Assembly (NCBI GenBank): GCA_003344405.1
Contig: NOWV01000154.1
Location: forward strand, 1 to 64,000
Source: Trichoplax sp. H2
Lineage: Eukaryota
Length of the DNA stretch: 64,000 nt
Direction of reading: 5' to 3'
Part shown: positions 1 through 14,600 of the stretch, piece after piece
How the letters are laid out: every line of letters begins with the position of its first letter
Position numbering within the stretch: the stretch's first letter is position 1
Notes under the pieces: generated by a model
Told to the model about the DNA's origin: nothing
The model's database searches: none
The model's input: only the letters and a program-made list of their open reading frames with translations
Position numbers and translations under genes: made by a program

Positions 1-209
1 CTACTCATAAATGTAACCAATGCTGGAAAGAACATTTTCCCATAGTGCTCTGTATAGAATTCACTGGCCTGTTCTGAAGTGAGTCGGACACAGCGTCTTT
101 GAAGTACACAAAATCCTTGCTTTTCCAATAATTCTACTATCTCATCTTCTTTCCTAACTGCATTGGGCTTAATAATAGCGAGGGTACACTGATAACTGTC
201 ACTAGTCAT
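1..209 (-). CDS. NME5: Nucleoside diphosphate kinase homolog 5 (NME5/NDK5-like), first coding exon; gene continues beyond window start
   Basis: Reverse strand from ATG at 209 reads MTSDSYQCTLAIIKPNAVRKEDEIVELLEKQGFCVLQRRCVRLTSEQASEFYTEHYGKMFFPALVTFMS. This has the NDK 'TLAIIKP' motif and the NME5-type 'YGKMFFP' motif. Not in the supplied ORF track because it is truncated. Confidence 0.9.
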   Translation of the reverse strand, partial: MTSDSYQCTLAIIKPNAVRKEDEIVELLEKQGFCVLQRRCVRLTSEQASEFYTEHYGKMFFPALVTFMS

Positions 210-685
210 TATCGATTAGCAAAACTCCTTAGCGGATAAGAAAATTTACTATAGTACCTATGGTGTCGGAACTTAAAAATTTCACGAAATTGTTTCAATG
301 ATAACTCTGAGTTACAACTAAGTATATTTTAGATATGAACACAGATGATTTTAAAGCGATATGATTAGTCCTAACGAATTTATCTATCTTCAGCCAGTTG
401 TTGTGCTCCGATGTAAGGTAAAACGACGACTCCACAAAGTGATCAGTGCGAATGCGGGAGAGTCAATAGTGCAAAGTATCAATACATATGATCCGCGACT
501 GTGTATGTATAAATGACTAGGATGTCTATTAGATTATCTGTACAGTAGGACGTAACTGAGATATTTGTGACAATTACCTTAGTAGCCTATGCGATCAGCG
601 TAGAATCGTCTTGATATCAATTTGTCGATAAACTTTGGCGTTGCCTTAGCAACCCGTTTCGATATGTTGATAGTTGATAACTTGA

Positions 686-1000
686 TGTACTGTACTGTAG
701 GTTTAGCGTTACAGTGTAAAATACTGTAATGTACTGTACTGTACAGTGTACAGTACACTACTGTACTGTACTGTACTGTAGTCAAGGATTCCTAGAGGGA
801 AATACCGTACAGTACTTGGCCGGCAGGTTTACAGTACGGTATTCTAGCACGTGTACAGTACTGTACAGTGTCCACTGTCCAGTACGGTACTGTACAGTAC
901 AGTAATTCACTGATGACAGTACAGTATAGTGTACTGTACAGTACTGTACTGTACTGTACGGTAGTGTTGAAATGGCGAAGACATTTACGGACTGTAGTAT
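686..1000. repeat. Palindromic CAGTA/TACTG pentamer array upstream of NME5
   Basis: Dense runs of tactg/cagta with tgtaca and agtact inversion points. Inverted arms aataccgtac (801-810) and gtacggtatt (834-843). Confidence 0.9.
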
Positions 1001-3120
1001 TGTATAATCTTTCAATTATAATTTGACTTTAAGGATTAAAAATTTCAAGTGAATTTCCTCTTATTTTTGTAATTAATGTTCATACTCAGGATTTAATTAC
1101 GTAAGGGTTACCAGAGGAATAAAAGTAAAAAATAATAAAATTCATTTCTAAACATGAAATACTAAGTTAAGTTGTATGTGTTGATGTACTGTATACTTTA
1201 CACATACATTCTGTACCAAGATCCTCATCCGTTCATGCTGTCCTCACATCTTGCTACAGTATCAAGATTCGCCCTTTTACTTACAGTACTCTACAAGTTC
1301 CATCCTCAACTTATCCAAATTATTTTATTTTTAATTTTATAATTTCGCAATTTTTTCTTCTTTCTTTCTACTCAGTGTACAGTGTTGCGACAGCAAACGT
1401 AACTCTGTCTGTCTGTGTCTACCGAAGTGATGACTCTACACAGTGTACAGTATGTGACTGAGTGTTATTTATCATCCTGCTGTCATGTGATCGTAGAACG
1501 TTTTAAATGGTGCTAAGGAGGGTGTAACTGCCGATGACCATTATGGGGCGAGAAGGTGGAATATGCCAATCGGTCACACTCTAAAAACTCTATAACTTCA
1601 ACATATCGATTCATTCATTTAAACGCCCACTAGATTCTTATTAAACATAAGCAGCATGGATTATGGAGTAAAAACTTTTTTTCTATAAATCTCCTATAAT
1701 TAATATGTAGTAGTATAACTAATAGGAAAGTTATGATTCAACTCACTATTCCATAGCTTACGTTGAATCTGCCTCACCCCTTTAGTACGTAGTGCTTTAA
1801 CTATATACAGTACCGCACAAGTGCACATTTTATTTTTATTTTTCTTATCTTATGCTTGTTTATATATTAAAATATATATGGTAACTAATAATAATGCACA
1901 CTGCGTACGTAATAAATCAAACCCACTCATTCTTACTTAATCCGACTAAAACGTCTCACAATTTTCGCGTGCATGTAAATTACTAAAGGTGAGAGTAGAA
2001 TAAGAATTTCGTAAGGATTTCGTCTCAACTCCACTGAGTTATAAGGCGATTTTTTGATCAGTTGCTTTATGTAATGAATCATTATGGATGCGTTACGATA
2101 CTTATGAGAATTGACCGTGTCTTTCAATTTGAAATTTTAATAATTTATCGTCAGTGCTTTTATTCCGTTCATAAGCGTATAATTAAATAAATAACTGTTA
2201 TGAAATTATTTTGATTAGATCCTATTAGAAATTTGCTCCAATTTTTGTCATGATTGGAAGAATGACATATTATTTCGGCTTATGCTTAATGCAAGTATGA
2301 AATGTTATCTTACAGAAATTTTATGCAGCATGTGTACCGATTGTAATTATCGAATCCGTCTTCGAATCCGTCATTATATACATATCACAATCATAAATAA
2401 CGATTGTATACATTAAGTGTTTAGTAACGAATAGAGAATTAAGTTGTAATTGAAATCTCTTGTAATATCAATACATTAATATATTTCAAAAAATATCAGC
2501 TTTTAGTATTATTTCCATCAATCATGAGCTATCGTGTTTAGTACCGCGTATTCCATCGAAATTGCTGAACTTTAAGATTCAAAATTCAAAGAAATCTTCA
2601 TTTAATGATTGATGAGTATGTACTGTATTAAACTGCTCATCCTTATTGTTATAGAGTATTATACCTGGTCGTATTCCATTGGTAAACGCTTCCTGTTTAG
2701 TGGTTTCGATTTCAGAAGCTCTCACTATATCTACCACACGGAAATCGTCATTACAGTTATTCTTAGTGTTATAAACTTTATATGTACTGTCAGCCTTTTA
2801 AAATATTGTATAATTATAGTTTCTTTTACTAATTTAAAAGATGACTAAAGCAATACCTTAATAAAGGCTTTAATTAAATGATTATCGCAACTATCGTAGT
2901 AAAACTGATAGTGTACGTCCAAACTGCATTTCTGATAGCTCACCATTTTACTGTATAATTTGTTCTTCATATAGACAGCATGTAATATCATTTAGCAATT
3001 CACGTTCATAACATTAGTTTCGTAATTTCTTCCAATATGTATCTGTACGGATAATCGCTATCTTTAATCGACGTAAAGATAAGACTAATTATATAACACT
3101 AGATTAGCTATAAATATCAT

Positions 3121-4234
3121 TTATTCGCCGTTACTTTGGCGGTAGGTTACACCCATAACTACATCGTCGTTAATGATCATTTTTTGCTTTTTGCAGCATT
3201 TATTAACTCCTAATAGCTCATAAAAACTATGCCTAAATTTTCGATTAAGAAATCCATATATAACAGGATTACAGGCTGAATTCATCAATGCTAACCATGT
3301 AGTAGCTGTAAAGAATAACTTGGGAAATGGACAGTAGGGAAATGTTAAGCAAATAATGCCAAAAAAGTGGGGAGACCAACATATCATAAATGTTCCCATG
3401 ACAGTCATCAACGTAATCGTTGCTTTTTCTTCACGACGATATTTACGAAACGCATTTGTTATACGACTTTTATCTCTAATATCAACTGGTGAAAGAATTA
3501 CTGCCATTAGACTGATTATGTTCCTGATTACTATTATTATTATTGTCCTCACTTGGTGTTCCCGGAAGATTTAAAGAAGCCATTTCGGCGGCAATTATTT
3601 TCGATTGTGCCCGAGCAACTCGTAATATGTGATAATAACAATAAGCCATAATAGCTAAAGGTAAAAAAAAAGCAGCTCCAATTGTTGTTAAAGTATAGCT
3701 TAAGCTATGGCCCCAATCGGCCGTACATAATGACTCTTCATAGTAATACCGATAAGTGCTCCATCCAGTAAATGGTAAAGCAGCAAAAACAAAGGCATGT
3801 AGCCATATGTACACAACCATACAAGTAACAGTTCTAGGGCTCATTTTTCGATGGTAATCCAATGGACGAAGTATAACATAATAACGATCTATACTAACTG
3901 CGCTTAATGTCAATAGCGATACAATACAAAAGAAAGAATTGGCAAATCCTTGTATTTGGCACATTTCGTAGCCAAATATCCACCGAACAGTAACACTCGA
4001 TACAGCTGCTAATGACATACCAATAATGGCAAAGAGTAAATCAGCTACTGCTAGATTAGCAACAAACACATTACGTATAGTTTGTAAGCTCTTCTTCCTT
4101 TTGATTGATAGCAGGACTAAGATGTTTCCTGCAATAGCAGCGATAGCGAAAAATGTCATTGTCGAAGCTTCAGCTACAATAGAAGGTACTGTTTTATTGT
4201 AAGTTTCATTTTGTGGTGTTATTAGTGATCTCAT
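3121..4234 (-). CDS. Orphan class A (rhodopsin-like) GPCR, GPR161/aminergic-like; exons 4234-3553 and 3485-3121 with a predicted 67-nt intron (or a frameshift) in ICL3
   Basis: TM1 GN, TM2 LAVADL, TM3 DRY, TM4 W and TM5 FLP are in ORF 3482-4234. TM6 CWSP and TM7 NPVIY are in ORF 3121-3552. A GTGAGG...TTTCACCAG intron at 3552-3486 (phase 1) restores one frame. Confidence 0.88.
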
Positions 4235-7200
4235 TATGGCTATAACAAAGCCCTTTCTATTGCTTTTAACTTAAAAAGTCTTGAAAATGGATTGCCAAAT
4301 CTTAAATTTTCTTGTTGAAATTTTTCGCTTTAACATGACCATTCATAACTGATTTAAAATAAATTGCAGCGATAACTAGCTAGCTATCAACTGATAACAA
4401 TAAATTTTACGAAAGAGACGAATCTTGATATTTGGTTCGGCAATTATTTCCAGTTGTTTCTTAAGATAGCGATTCCCAGTTAGAAGCGGAAATTAACAAG
4501 ATTTGGACAAACTATGATATAGAATGTAATACTTTAATGATTTCACAAGATCTGAATAAATTTTTCTTGATTGAAACTCAAAAATCAGCCAACTTTGACG
4601 ATATTAATGGAAAAACAATTCGATCTTGAACACCAAGATGGTAAGAGTGAAAGAGGGATATAGTTGTTGTAAAATTAACAGGATATTAACTCGTAGATTG
4701 CGCAATCTCTTCACATTTGTTTTTCTTATTTTCACTAACTTTAACAAATTTGGCTAACTGTCTTCATGTTTACATGAATGGCATCAACTATCATCTTCAA
4801 GCTATAAACAAAAAGCAAAGCAAGTTTTAAAACACTGGCAAGGATCATGGTATCATGGAAATACAAGTTCAGACACTTTCTAGACATGGTAAACGCCGTA
4901 ACTTGGAGCTATGTATAACATGTCAATGTAAATAATAAAATGACCAGCCTAAGTACCAACCACTTCGCTGGCTGGTTACTTGATTCTTTATAAATCCTTA
5001 GGCCCTATAATTTGGTTAGTGCGTGCCCACAACTAATATGGTGCTTCGTATGGACATATGTTAAGAACGGAGAACTAATATATTAGTGCGATTATCCTAT
5101 TACCATGGCAAGTTACTGTAACTAGAAGGCTACAAATGACGTAGAGGTACTTTAAGACTTTTTCTGTACCATACTCCTTCCTAATTTCAAGACCACAAAA
5201 AATAATCAAAATTCTACTGTAATTGTTCATGATGCTCATAATCCGGTCTAGCATATTTTCTATACTGGATAGCATCGTACAATATGTAGATTGAAACAGA
5301 ATTATTAATAGCAAGAGAATAAGAATTAGATGATTGACTAATTCGGATAAATTGCATTGAAACATCAAAGGATACTGGTGGTAATGTTTTAAAAAATTAT
5401 CCCTATTACAAAATTCTCTCTAATTACTCCGCTATCGAATAACATTGCTGCATGGTAGTTGCTACTGCCATTATCTCCGCCCGATTATCGTATTCATTCA
5501 AGGAATAAAAGTGTTCACTTCATTACTTGTAACGTTACTATGTAGTGTATAATAATATCATTCTCTAATACTTATTTAATATTAAGATCAATCATGAAAA
5601 TGTGCCTAAAAATGCTATATCGTAACAATATTAGCTTTCTGCTGTATATAGCAAAATCTTCAAGGATTTAGAAGAGGGAAATCATTTCTTTATACAAAAA
5701 GAAATGATTAATGGATAGAGAAATAATACAAGAGCTGTAAATGTGACAGCATGGGATAAGGATAGTATGATAGTCTAAAAGAGTTAATTGATAATGAAAA
5801 TTAATGATGAAAGCATTTCCTAATTTAATAATTTCATGTAGCTGACAAAATTAATTTCCAGTTGTACTGCCCTCCTACCGTTGTTTCAGAAAATTTAAAT
5901 GATGATCATGTTATGTCAGAGAGAAGTAAACAATATAAAGAATAGAAATATTCCAGTAAAGCCTTAATAATATTATAATTAACACATTTTTATTGTCTTG
6001 TCATAGATAAAACACCAAGACATATCTGTTATTTATCATCCGCCCTAAGTTTTAATGCAGATAATCTGAATTTTTATCCTACACCCAGTATTTAATAATA
6101 ACTTCCAGTTACAATTTGAATTCCTTTAAGTAGAGTCAGAAAGACAAAATAATATAAGTAGCTGCAATCACACTTGAAATTAAGATTGGAAGTTATCAAA
6201 TGCAAATTATCAAAATATGATACGATGATGACGTTTTTATCGTAACAGGCGAATCAAAATTGTTTGGAACGACATCAGCCGAGAATGTAACAGAATAACA
6301 CAATTATTATTAATCTAATAATTTCAATATCAGTTTTACTCTCTTCAAAATCAGCAGATGGCGATACTTTAATCGTGCTTATTTTCAGCGTATGCAAAAT
6401 AAGTTTTACGACTAAGTAAATTCGCAACGGTAAACCCTTCAGAATGACTATCTCTCATATATTTTATGAGTGACTGGCTGTTATTAAACTTAATCCTTAC
6501 TACACGGTATACGCGTATATGCCAAAATAGTAGCTTACACATGACAAAATCAAAATGAAGACTTAATTTTCCTAAGTGTTAAATACCAGCAAGCAAAATG
6601 CATTAACAAATAAACGATTACCTTCGGGACTTTTATTGTGACGATGGAGGTTGAAGTATAAGTATAATCTAGTTTAATGTGGAGAGATACCATGCAGTCA
6701 AAATTTAATAAATAAAATGATATTAGACAGTATCGATGTTATATAAATCGGTAAGTTGATAATGAATATTGGAAAGAAGAAACAAAAGATGGCTTAAAAT
6801 CTTTTGAAAAATGGTATCATACATATCGTTCATAATTAATATTTAATATTTAAGATTGAATGAAAGTTATTATTTTCATTAGGTGATGTCGTTGATATAA
6901 GAATTGAAAGATCAGTGACAGCGTAAAAATAGATATTTACTCTGAAACAATCGTTATTTGATTGTTAGGAATAATACTACCTTTCATCCAATATAAAATT
7001 AAAAAATTAAGGCTGGATATAAATTGAATTATGATATCATACTAATTCAATTAATTATTGACTAGTTTACGTAAAAAAGACAACGATAATGCAAATAAAA
7101 TGTTTATAAAACTGTTTTGCGTCTAATTAAATGGATACATTCCGAGTATGTTAAAAGACTAAGATAACGATATTAGTATGAAATGAATCTTTTATTTCTT

Positions 7201-8676
7201 TTGAAATCAGCTTTACTCTGTTAAATACCCGGGGATCATAACCCTAGTTCTGCATAAAGTATAGAAATATTAATGTACTGTATGATTTATTACCCAGATA
7301 TCTATATTAATTCAAAGTACCGTACACGTATACGCTTGCAATGAATTAGCCTATTGAAATAATTTAGAATACTCTACATCTACTTCATTTTACATGTATT
7401 AGGAGTCAAATTAAGCCCAAATAATATTGAAACTGACAATCGATAATGCTTGATACTGGGATAAACATCAACGTTTAACATTTCACCAAGGTTTAAGTAA
7501 GACCATATACAGGCTATAAACTTAAAATAGTAATTTTTCTGCAGTGTCACATAATTAAAATATCATGAGAAATGAATGGGCGAACGTCAAATTCAAAAAT
7601 CTAAAAATATTACGGGACAATATTGTCACTGAAATTATCTACATAAACAGTACGAGAGAAATGCTTTGATTATTGCAATGTGACGAAGGATGAACACAGT
7701 AGTGTCATTAATGAATCATGATTTTATCCACTGAAATATAGTACCACTAAAAGGTTTCCATAGCTTTACATATATGGTTACTACATCAGATTCTTATGCT
7801 TTATATGAAAGATGAATAATAACCCATGCCTTGCATTGTTCGCAGAAAATAATCTTTGTCTTTGCTTTTAATTCACAATACAACTGTAGTCTGTACTACA
7901 ACCGCACAGCCTACTTTGTAAGAGTACAATAGGCTTATAGGAAGCAAAATTAAGTCTAAAATACTTTTGAAAAGTGGCGATTAATAACATCATACAAATA
8001 GATAGCCAATGTTTACTTATATTATATTCTATTTTATATAGCATCATTAAATTTATCTCTAAATAGCCCTCTGCATGACGTTCGTAATAAATAATTCAGC
8101 ATAAGGACACCGCTGACATCAAGCATAATAGGTGTACTTAAAAAATGAAGATTTAGGAAACTTATCGAATTGCACTGTAGAATATGGTTACTGCCGGGAA
8201 CTATAGTGCACCTCATCTTGCTGGGATAGTTCAGGAGTAAAAAGGAGTTTTTTTGGTCTAATTAGCACTATATAGCTATAATTAATAAGTTTGTTATTCG
8301 TAAATTGGTCGTATAAGCGTTAAGGCTAGATAAGTGGAATAGCCTGAATGACTACTCCTATGCTGCAATGAACGTACACGAAAATTTTTTAAAATAATTT
8401 TTCAGACTGAGCACATGCTTGTAAAATACTATTTGTCCCGTAGATTCAGGATGATTTCGTTGAGAATTGAAAGCCAATAATTCTATATTGTAGAGCTGAG
8501 ATGGAATAGTTTAGACTAAACCACCAATATATTACATCAAGTAGTATATATAATAAGCAAGAAACTAAAGTGAAGAAGTATGCTTGCCGGATGCCAATTA
8601 CGTAACTCATGAAGGAGTGTAAAGGGCAGTCATGATTGATGAAGGTCGTAAATGTCGTAATAAATTGTAATTTATC

Positions 8677-8693
8677 CTCTCTCTCTCTCTCTC
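8677..8693. repeat. (CT)n microsatellite
   Basis: ctctctctctctctctc. Confidence 0.8.
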
Positions 8694-11600
8694 CACTCGT
8701 TAACTACGATAATTAATTAATGTAAACTAATAAAAACTTTACTAGCGCTAAAAAATTACTTCTATTTAATCTATTAGTAATCGTACCACTCTTTCCATAA
8801 GAGTCTTTTCTACTGCATATAAACCAAATTATAGATTCGACGTCGTATTTAAGACTGTTTTATATAACATTTATGTCTACTGAATAATCAGCTGACGAGT
8901 ATAGTCCTATAATATCACGGTTTACTAATTTTCTAAGAACAATCATGGCTTCAAAAGTGATATAATTGTTCGATATTAGACAACAGCTGACTTTAAATAT
9001 GGACACACTTCCGTCAGATGCTTCTACTTATGATTGTAACCCTTTCACAGTGTAGATAGTATTAGCAGAAGTTTATACGCGTACATTGCTACAATTCAGC
9101 TGTTCATTTGTAGATCTTCGTAAACACTAAATTAAACAAGATCATAATTTCGACGCTCCGATGATCATTCAATTTATGTCTGCAATAATAATGAATATTA
9201 TATAATTTGGCGAGAAAGGAACTTAATTAAGTAAATATGAGACGATATACGTAAGTACGGATCAAATTAAATTTCTAGAAAATATATTAATTGATGATTC
9301 ATAAATTGTCATGAAAATCCACAGCAATTTCAACAATTAGGCGCTAACGATAAGCAAATATTTGTCGCGATAAAGTGGTAACAGATGGATAAGCATCGGA
9401 AATATAGAAAACAGACGTTGCAAGTGTTGATAAATAATAGTACTTCAAACAGCTATAATTTACAATAAATTGGAATATTTGATATCGCTAATATTTCGTC
9501 AACCTATACTGTCATTTGTGTATGTTTCTGTTTCTTCAGGAAACGAAGAGGTTATAAAGGAACAATATTCTTAGAATTGCCTAGTGCTTGATAACAAGAG
9601 GAAGCATTATCAAATCCTTCTTTAAGCCTTCAGAAGTACAGAATTAGTAGTGGTATTTTAATCGCTCAGCGGGAACTGTACTGTACATCTGCAATATCTA
9701 GCTGAAGGAAATCAATTAATAGATATATCATTCATCACTTGAAGTAACCTTGTAAATTAATTTCTTAGACTTACAGGTACAATTAATGTCGACTTCAAAT
9801 TACGCTGTTACAGAAGAAAGCAAACAATTGTAGTAATTTAAGTTCTATTGTACAACATTTACATTAATGATGATCAGGTTTGTTCCTATTGCAGCGTTTT
9901 TAAAGGTAAAGTGTAGAGTGATATCATCACTCATAGAAATTTGTAGTAAATAGAATAGAATAAATCCGATAAGAATAGTCTACGCGATGGGCTATCTTTA
10001 CATGCATTACAAAAAAATTGGTAAAGTACAGTACTCGTTTGTAAGGCTAAAGAAGGCTTAAGTTGTAGGTAATGATTAATACTTGTGAAGTCATTAAGTA
10101 CATGGTGGTCTGGTGCAGATTTCGTAAGCATATCAATGACTTGCAATAGGGATATTCTTGCAGATAAAGCTACTAAGGTATGAGTAAATACTATAGTTAA
10201 AATATCTGTTTCTCTCTTTATCCCATTATTTTACTGAAAAAACATTTTAAAATTCAATTTCAGACCTATTGCGCTAAATTTGTTTAAGTTTTATGTAAGG
10301 TATGAAGAGCTTGGTAAGTATCAACATGATGGGCGAAGGAAAATCACTAATATCAACTAGCCTCATTCTCAAACGCATAGACAAAGTTGTAATATATGTT
10401 AAGGCTGTTGATATCATAGTAAGGAGTCGTCAAAAATTGCTTCTATTATTATTTTCCTTTATATGAATGTATAGCAACACACTATTATATTAAAAATAGT
10501 ATATCATCTAAAGTTTTATGTGTGTAGTGTTCAACTACAAAATTCCGGAGCTCATAATCAAATTTCCCGAACAACGTACTTCCATCATATTCAGATTATA
10601 TTAGTGGTAGTCAGTAATTCATGTCAATAAAAAATGTTTATAAAGATAGAATTGTATGCGAATCCACCACAATCTTTTCCAAATAGTTATTTAATTGACT
10701 TTAACACTTAACCATTTAATAGCATCATCGTAAACTTATTGTTGCTTTGTACCAATAAAATTTAAGTAATGCTTAATACGGCAGAAAAAATTAGTGAAGA
10801 TAAAAAAACTCATGAATAAATCATTATTGCGTATAATTTACTCATTGATTAGTCTAAAAATGTAAGTCTGCAATAGTTGAAATAGGTTCTGATAATTGAG
10901 TAGACTATTAACAAATACATTTTTTATTATAATTCTAGCCTTTAGCAGGTTCTACGATACAATAAAATCTTCAAGTATGAAAATAATTCTGAAATAAACA
11001 ATACATGTAGCTGAAGGTGATCCTTATTATAAATAACGTTCGAATGTATTTGTCTGTACATGAAATATGGGCTGGTATCATTTCTGAGAACATACATAAG
11101 TAGCAGATGTTAACGGTGTATAGTATAGTAACGTAATGATATGAATACAGCACATAGTTTTTACCTTATTAATGAAACCTAATACGAATCTGGTGATCAA
11201 ATTCGATAATTGCCCTACAATTGCACTACACTAAGGACCTCTACTATTGTTTACTTATGAAATTTGGATGGAAATAGAATAGAAAAGTTAGGAGAGCTAT
11301 TAGGTATATCTTCCAAGTAAATGGCAAGTTACCGAGATTTTGTGAAGTTCTTCACAAAAATCGCTAAAATTAAGCTCTCATATTTTGAATAAAACTCTAT
11401 TTCAAAATAAAGTTATTAATGATGCTAACTTACAATTTTAGTAGAACTTTCTGATTTTTATAATTCTTGATTTAATTGACCAACTTGTTAAGAGAGATAC
11501 AGGCTCAATACAGCACGATTCTTTAATCGGCGCATCGGACTTTCATTCTCCTTCTCGATCGTCAAATCTAGAGGACATGAGGTAAACTGTCACAGAGTAG

Positions 11601-14600
11601 ACATTATCAAATGTACAAATCTATATTCTGATTAGAATAGCAAATTAGACCTAAACTTTACTCAAAAGAATTGATGTAATGAAACGTTGTTTAAAAAATT
11701 CGAGGATAGATTTTTATTCAAATTAATTCCATTAATCGATTTAATTGAATAAAATAAGATTGCTCCTATTTATATTATCCGTTATGTTAGGATATTGTTA
11801 TATGTGAAATAACAGCTGTGGTATAGGACACATGATATCAATAGCCGCAGACTTGTCATTATTTTATGCCAATGCAGTACTGTCTTATTGACCGCTATAT
11901 TTGATTTTGATTGCCTCCTGATTTATCTTTAGTTTTTGTAATACCGCATCGATTTAATTACATAAATCATATGAGAAATTGAGAGAACGTATTGCAGCGG
12001 TTCCATAGTATTTCTTCTGACTAATGTAATAGCTCTGCGTGTAATATGCTATACTATATAGCATAGCAAGATTATTCCATAAGTGTTAAGTAATAGGATA
12101 ACAAATACTTACTGATTTACATACGGTATGATTTAATTTAGAGTCTACAATTGATTGGCATTAAATGCCGCATATATCCTCTAGCCATTAGTATCGTCGT
12201 ATCACAGCATCATTCTAAGTAATATTTTACATTATTGATTAAATACAGTCCTAATGTTATTTTATAAATGATAATTAGCATTTCTAAACATAGATTTGAC
12301 CAATTTAATATCACCTTCACTTGTTAAAAGTTTTAAGATATATTCTACTTAAAGATGTAGTAAATAATCTATTGAACTGCATTTAGGAATAAAGAATATT
12401 TCCTAGATTCATTAATAGTAACTATAGATTTCACAATATTGAAATAGATAACTAGATTATGTTTCTATTTATTCCTGGTGGATGCGGTAGAATGTAATTG
12501 TGCGACTAAATACGATATACTTGCCCATAGACCCAATCCCACGAAGTAACAAAATTACCGGTACGTACGTGTATATAAAGAACAGAAGGTTAATTACATT
12601 CTGTAACGGCTTTCTGAAGTTATGTTGCTATGATTATTAAATATACCTATATACTTAGTACCTAATGTACAGTATCTGTAAAATTGACTATCAATAAACC
12701 TTTGTTGGTTCAGTATGGTACGTATTGAAAGGCGTGAATAGTTGATCTATAATTATTTTATTTTTACGTGCTTGTATGAACATTAAACGTCGATATAAAA
12801 TTATTTTACTTTTAATATCGAGGCTCTTTAAAATGTCCAATTCAAACTTGTTTGAGCTATGATGAAGTATTTTATGGTAATTTTGACTTAAAAATAGCAA
12901 TAATAATATACGTGTAAGAGCATTATTTTTAATTTAAAAATTTTTAGTGTGATTGCTTAGTGAGAAACAGATGAGTGCCATTGTGGTTTTTAGCATACCT
13001 TTTCAAATGAAGTGCTTGTTTTAGTATTCGCTTACTCAACGGTAAAAGAATACTGAGTAGTTATGCTAGTGAGAGTATACGGACAGAAGGTTAGGTAAAT
13101 GTACGTCTGATTCAAAATGAAGTATGAATCACGAATAGCCTTTTCAGATTATGATAAAACAGACGACGTCTTTATTTAGCACTCAAATACTGCATTTTAT
13201 CAATTAGTTAAGAACTATTTAATATTTGCTGTTGAAAAAGCCTTTCTAAGAAACACAATACTAATATTTTAATTATGGCATGACACATACTTGTATATAG
13301 TATCATGAAAGCTACGTTATAACTTCATAGATATTTATGTGGAAACTTCTAAATTCATGAAAATATATAGCAAAAACAGTAAAGAAAGTTGGAGTTAATT
13401 ATGTTTGCTATTAATATATGAAATATTATTGTAAGAAATTAGGGTAGCTTGTGACGGTCGGTAATTAAAAGACAGTCATATAGTTCAGCAATACATTCCG
13501 TTACTCTTGACTCTTTACGATACTTAATTAAATATGAGAGAAAACAGAATCTAGGGTCGAGGGAAATTTCGATCTCTGTGATAGATTTAGGCCATTTATT
13601 TCTCTAGTAAAAATTTCAAGATCGCTAACGTACTTTACCGTGTAAAAATGATTGCATACAATCCAATTATTAAGAAATGAAGATATAATAGTATCAGTAA
13701 ACTTGTAAAAATATAATTGCATCTAATGTTAACACGTTTACATATATATGTTCGTAAACATGTTACTATGTGCAACTGTCGTTGTAAGTAAATCAAATGA
13801 AACCTGTCTACAAATGATACATTGCAACGTAGGCCTTCTTTAGATATTTGAAGCTAAATTTAACATTCATGGGCGCCTTTATGCCGGTCTTTATTCATCT
13901 ATATTGTAATACTGTCTGTAGATACATTACGAAAATCTAAATACGCCTTTAACTATTAATGATTAGTATAAGACAACTTTAGAAACCTTTATCAGAATAA
14001 AAAAATTATACGTTCGGCAGTAATATAGAGTGAACCCTCAACACTTCTTTCCTGCTATTAAAAGGTAATTATGAATGTATTATTTATTGCGTTCTTTTAA
14101 TGAACTATTAACGACATCCTAATTCATGCGAAAACAGAGTAGAACAAGATCTAGGCATCATGTTAGCTACTCCATGTCATGGTAAACATTCAGTAATGTA
14201 GTAAACAAGTTTTATCTTCTAAGGAAGAAAAATATGTAAAAGATGGAGTAGTTATGATATGCAACTTCTCCGCTAGGGCAAAATTACTGTTCTCAGTGTC
14301 TACTATAAGTAGTTTTCTTCCAATGTAAACAGAATTCTAATAGCTGTATAGTGTATACGTATGTACTTAGGCTCTTATGTGCAGATCAATACTACACTGA
14401 AATAGTACTTAATATGATAACACTTTATCTCTGAGTTGAATTATTCCTTTGGTGTCCCTGTTCCCTTTTTGCTTACTGCGCTAACTTTATGAATCTATCT
14501 TCGTGGCAGGATATTTATGAAATATCAGTTTTGCACAAAATAATGATTGAAGAAAACAGATAGGATGTGTTGAATTATTTAAGACGATCATTGTTCGTAA

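Noticed and set aside
579-1015. ORFs rich in TVQYS/YCTV (also 32068-32328, 41154-41710, 59836-60036)
   Set aside because: They are translations of the stop-poor CAGTA/TACTG arrays, open in several frames and on both strands, with no domain features.
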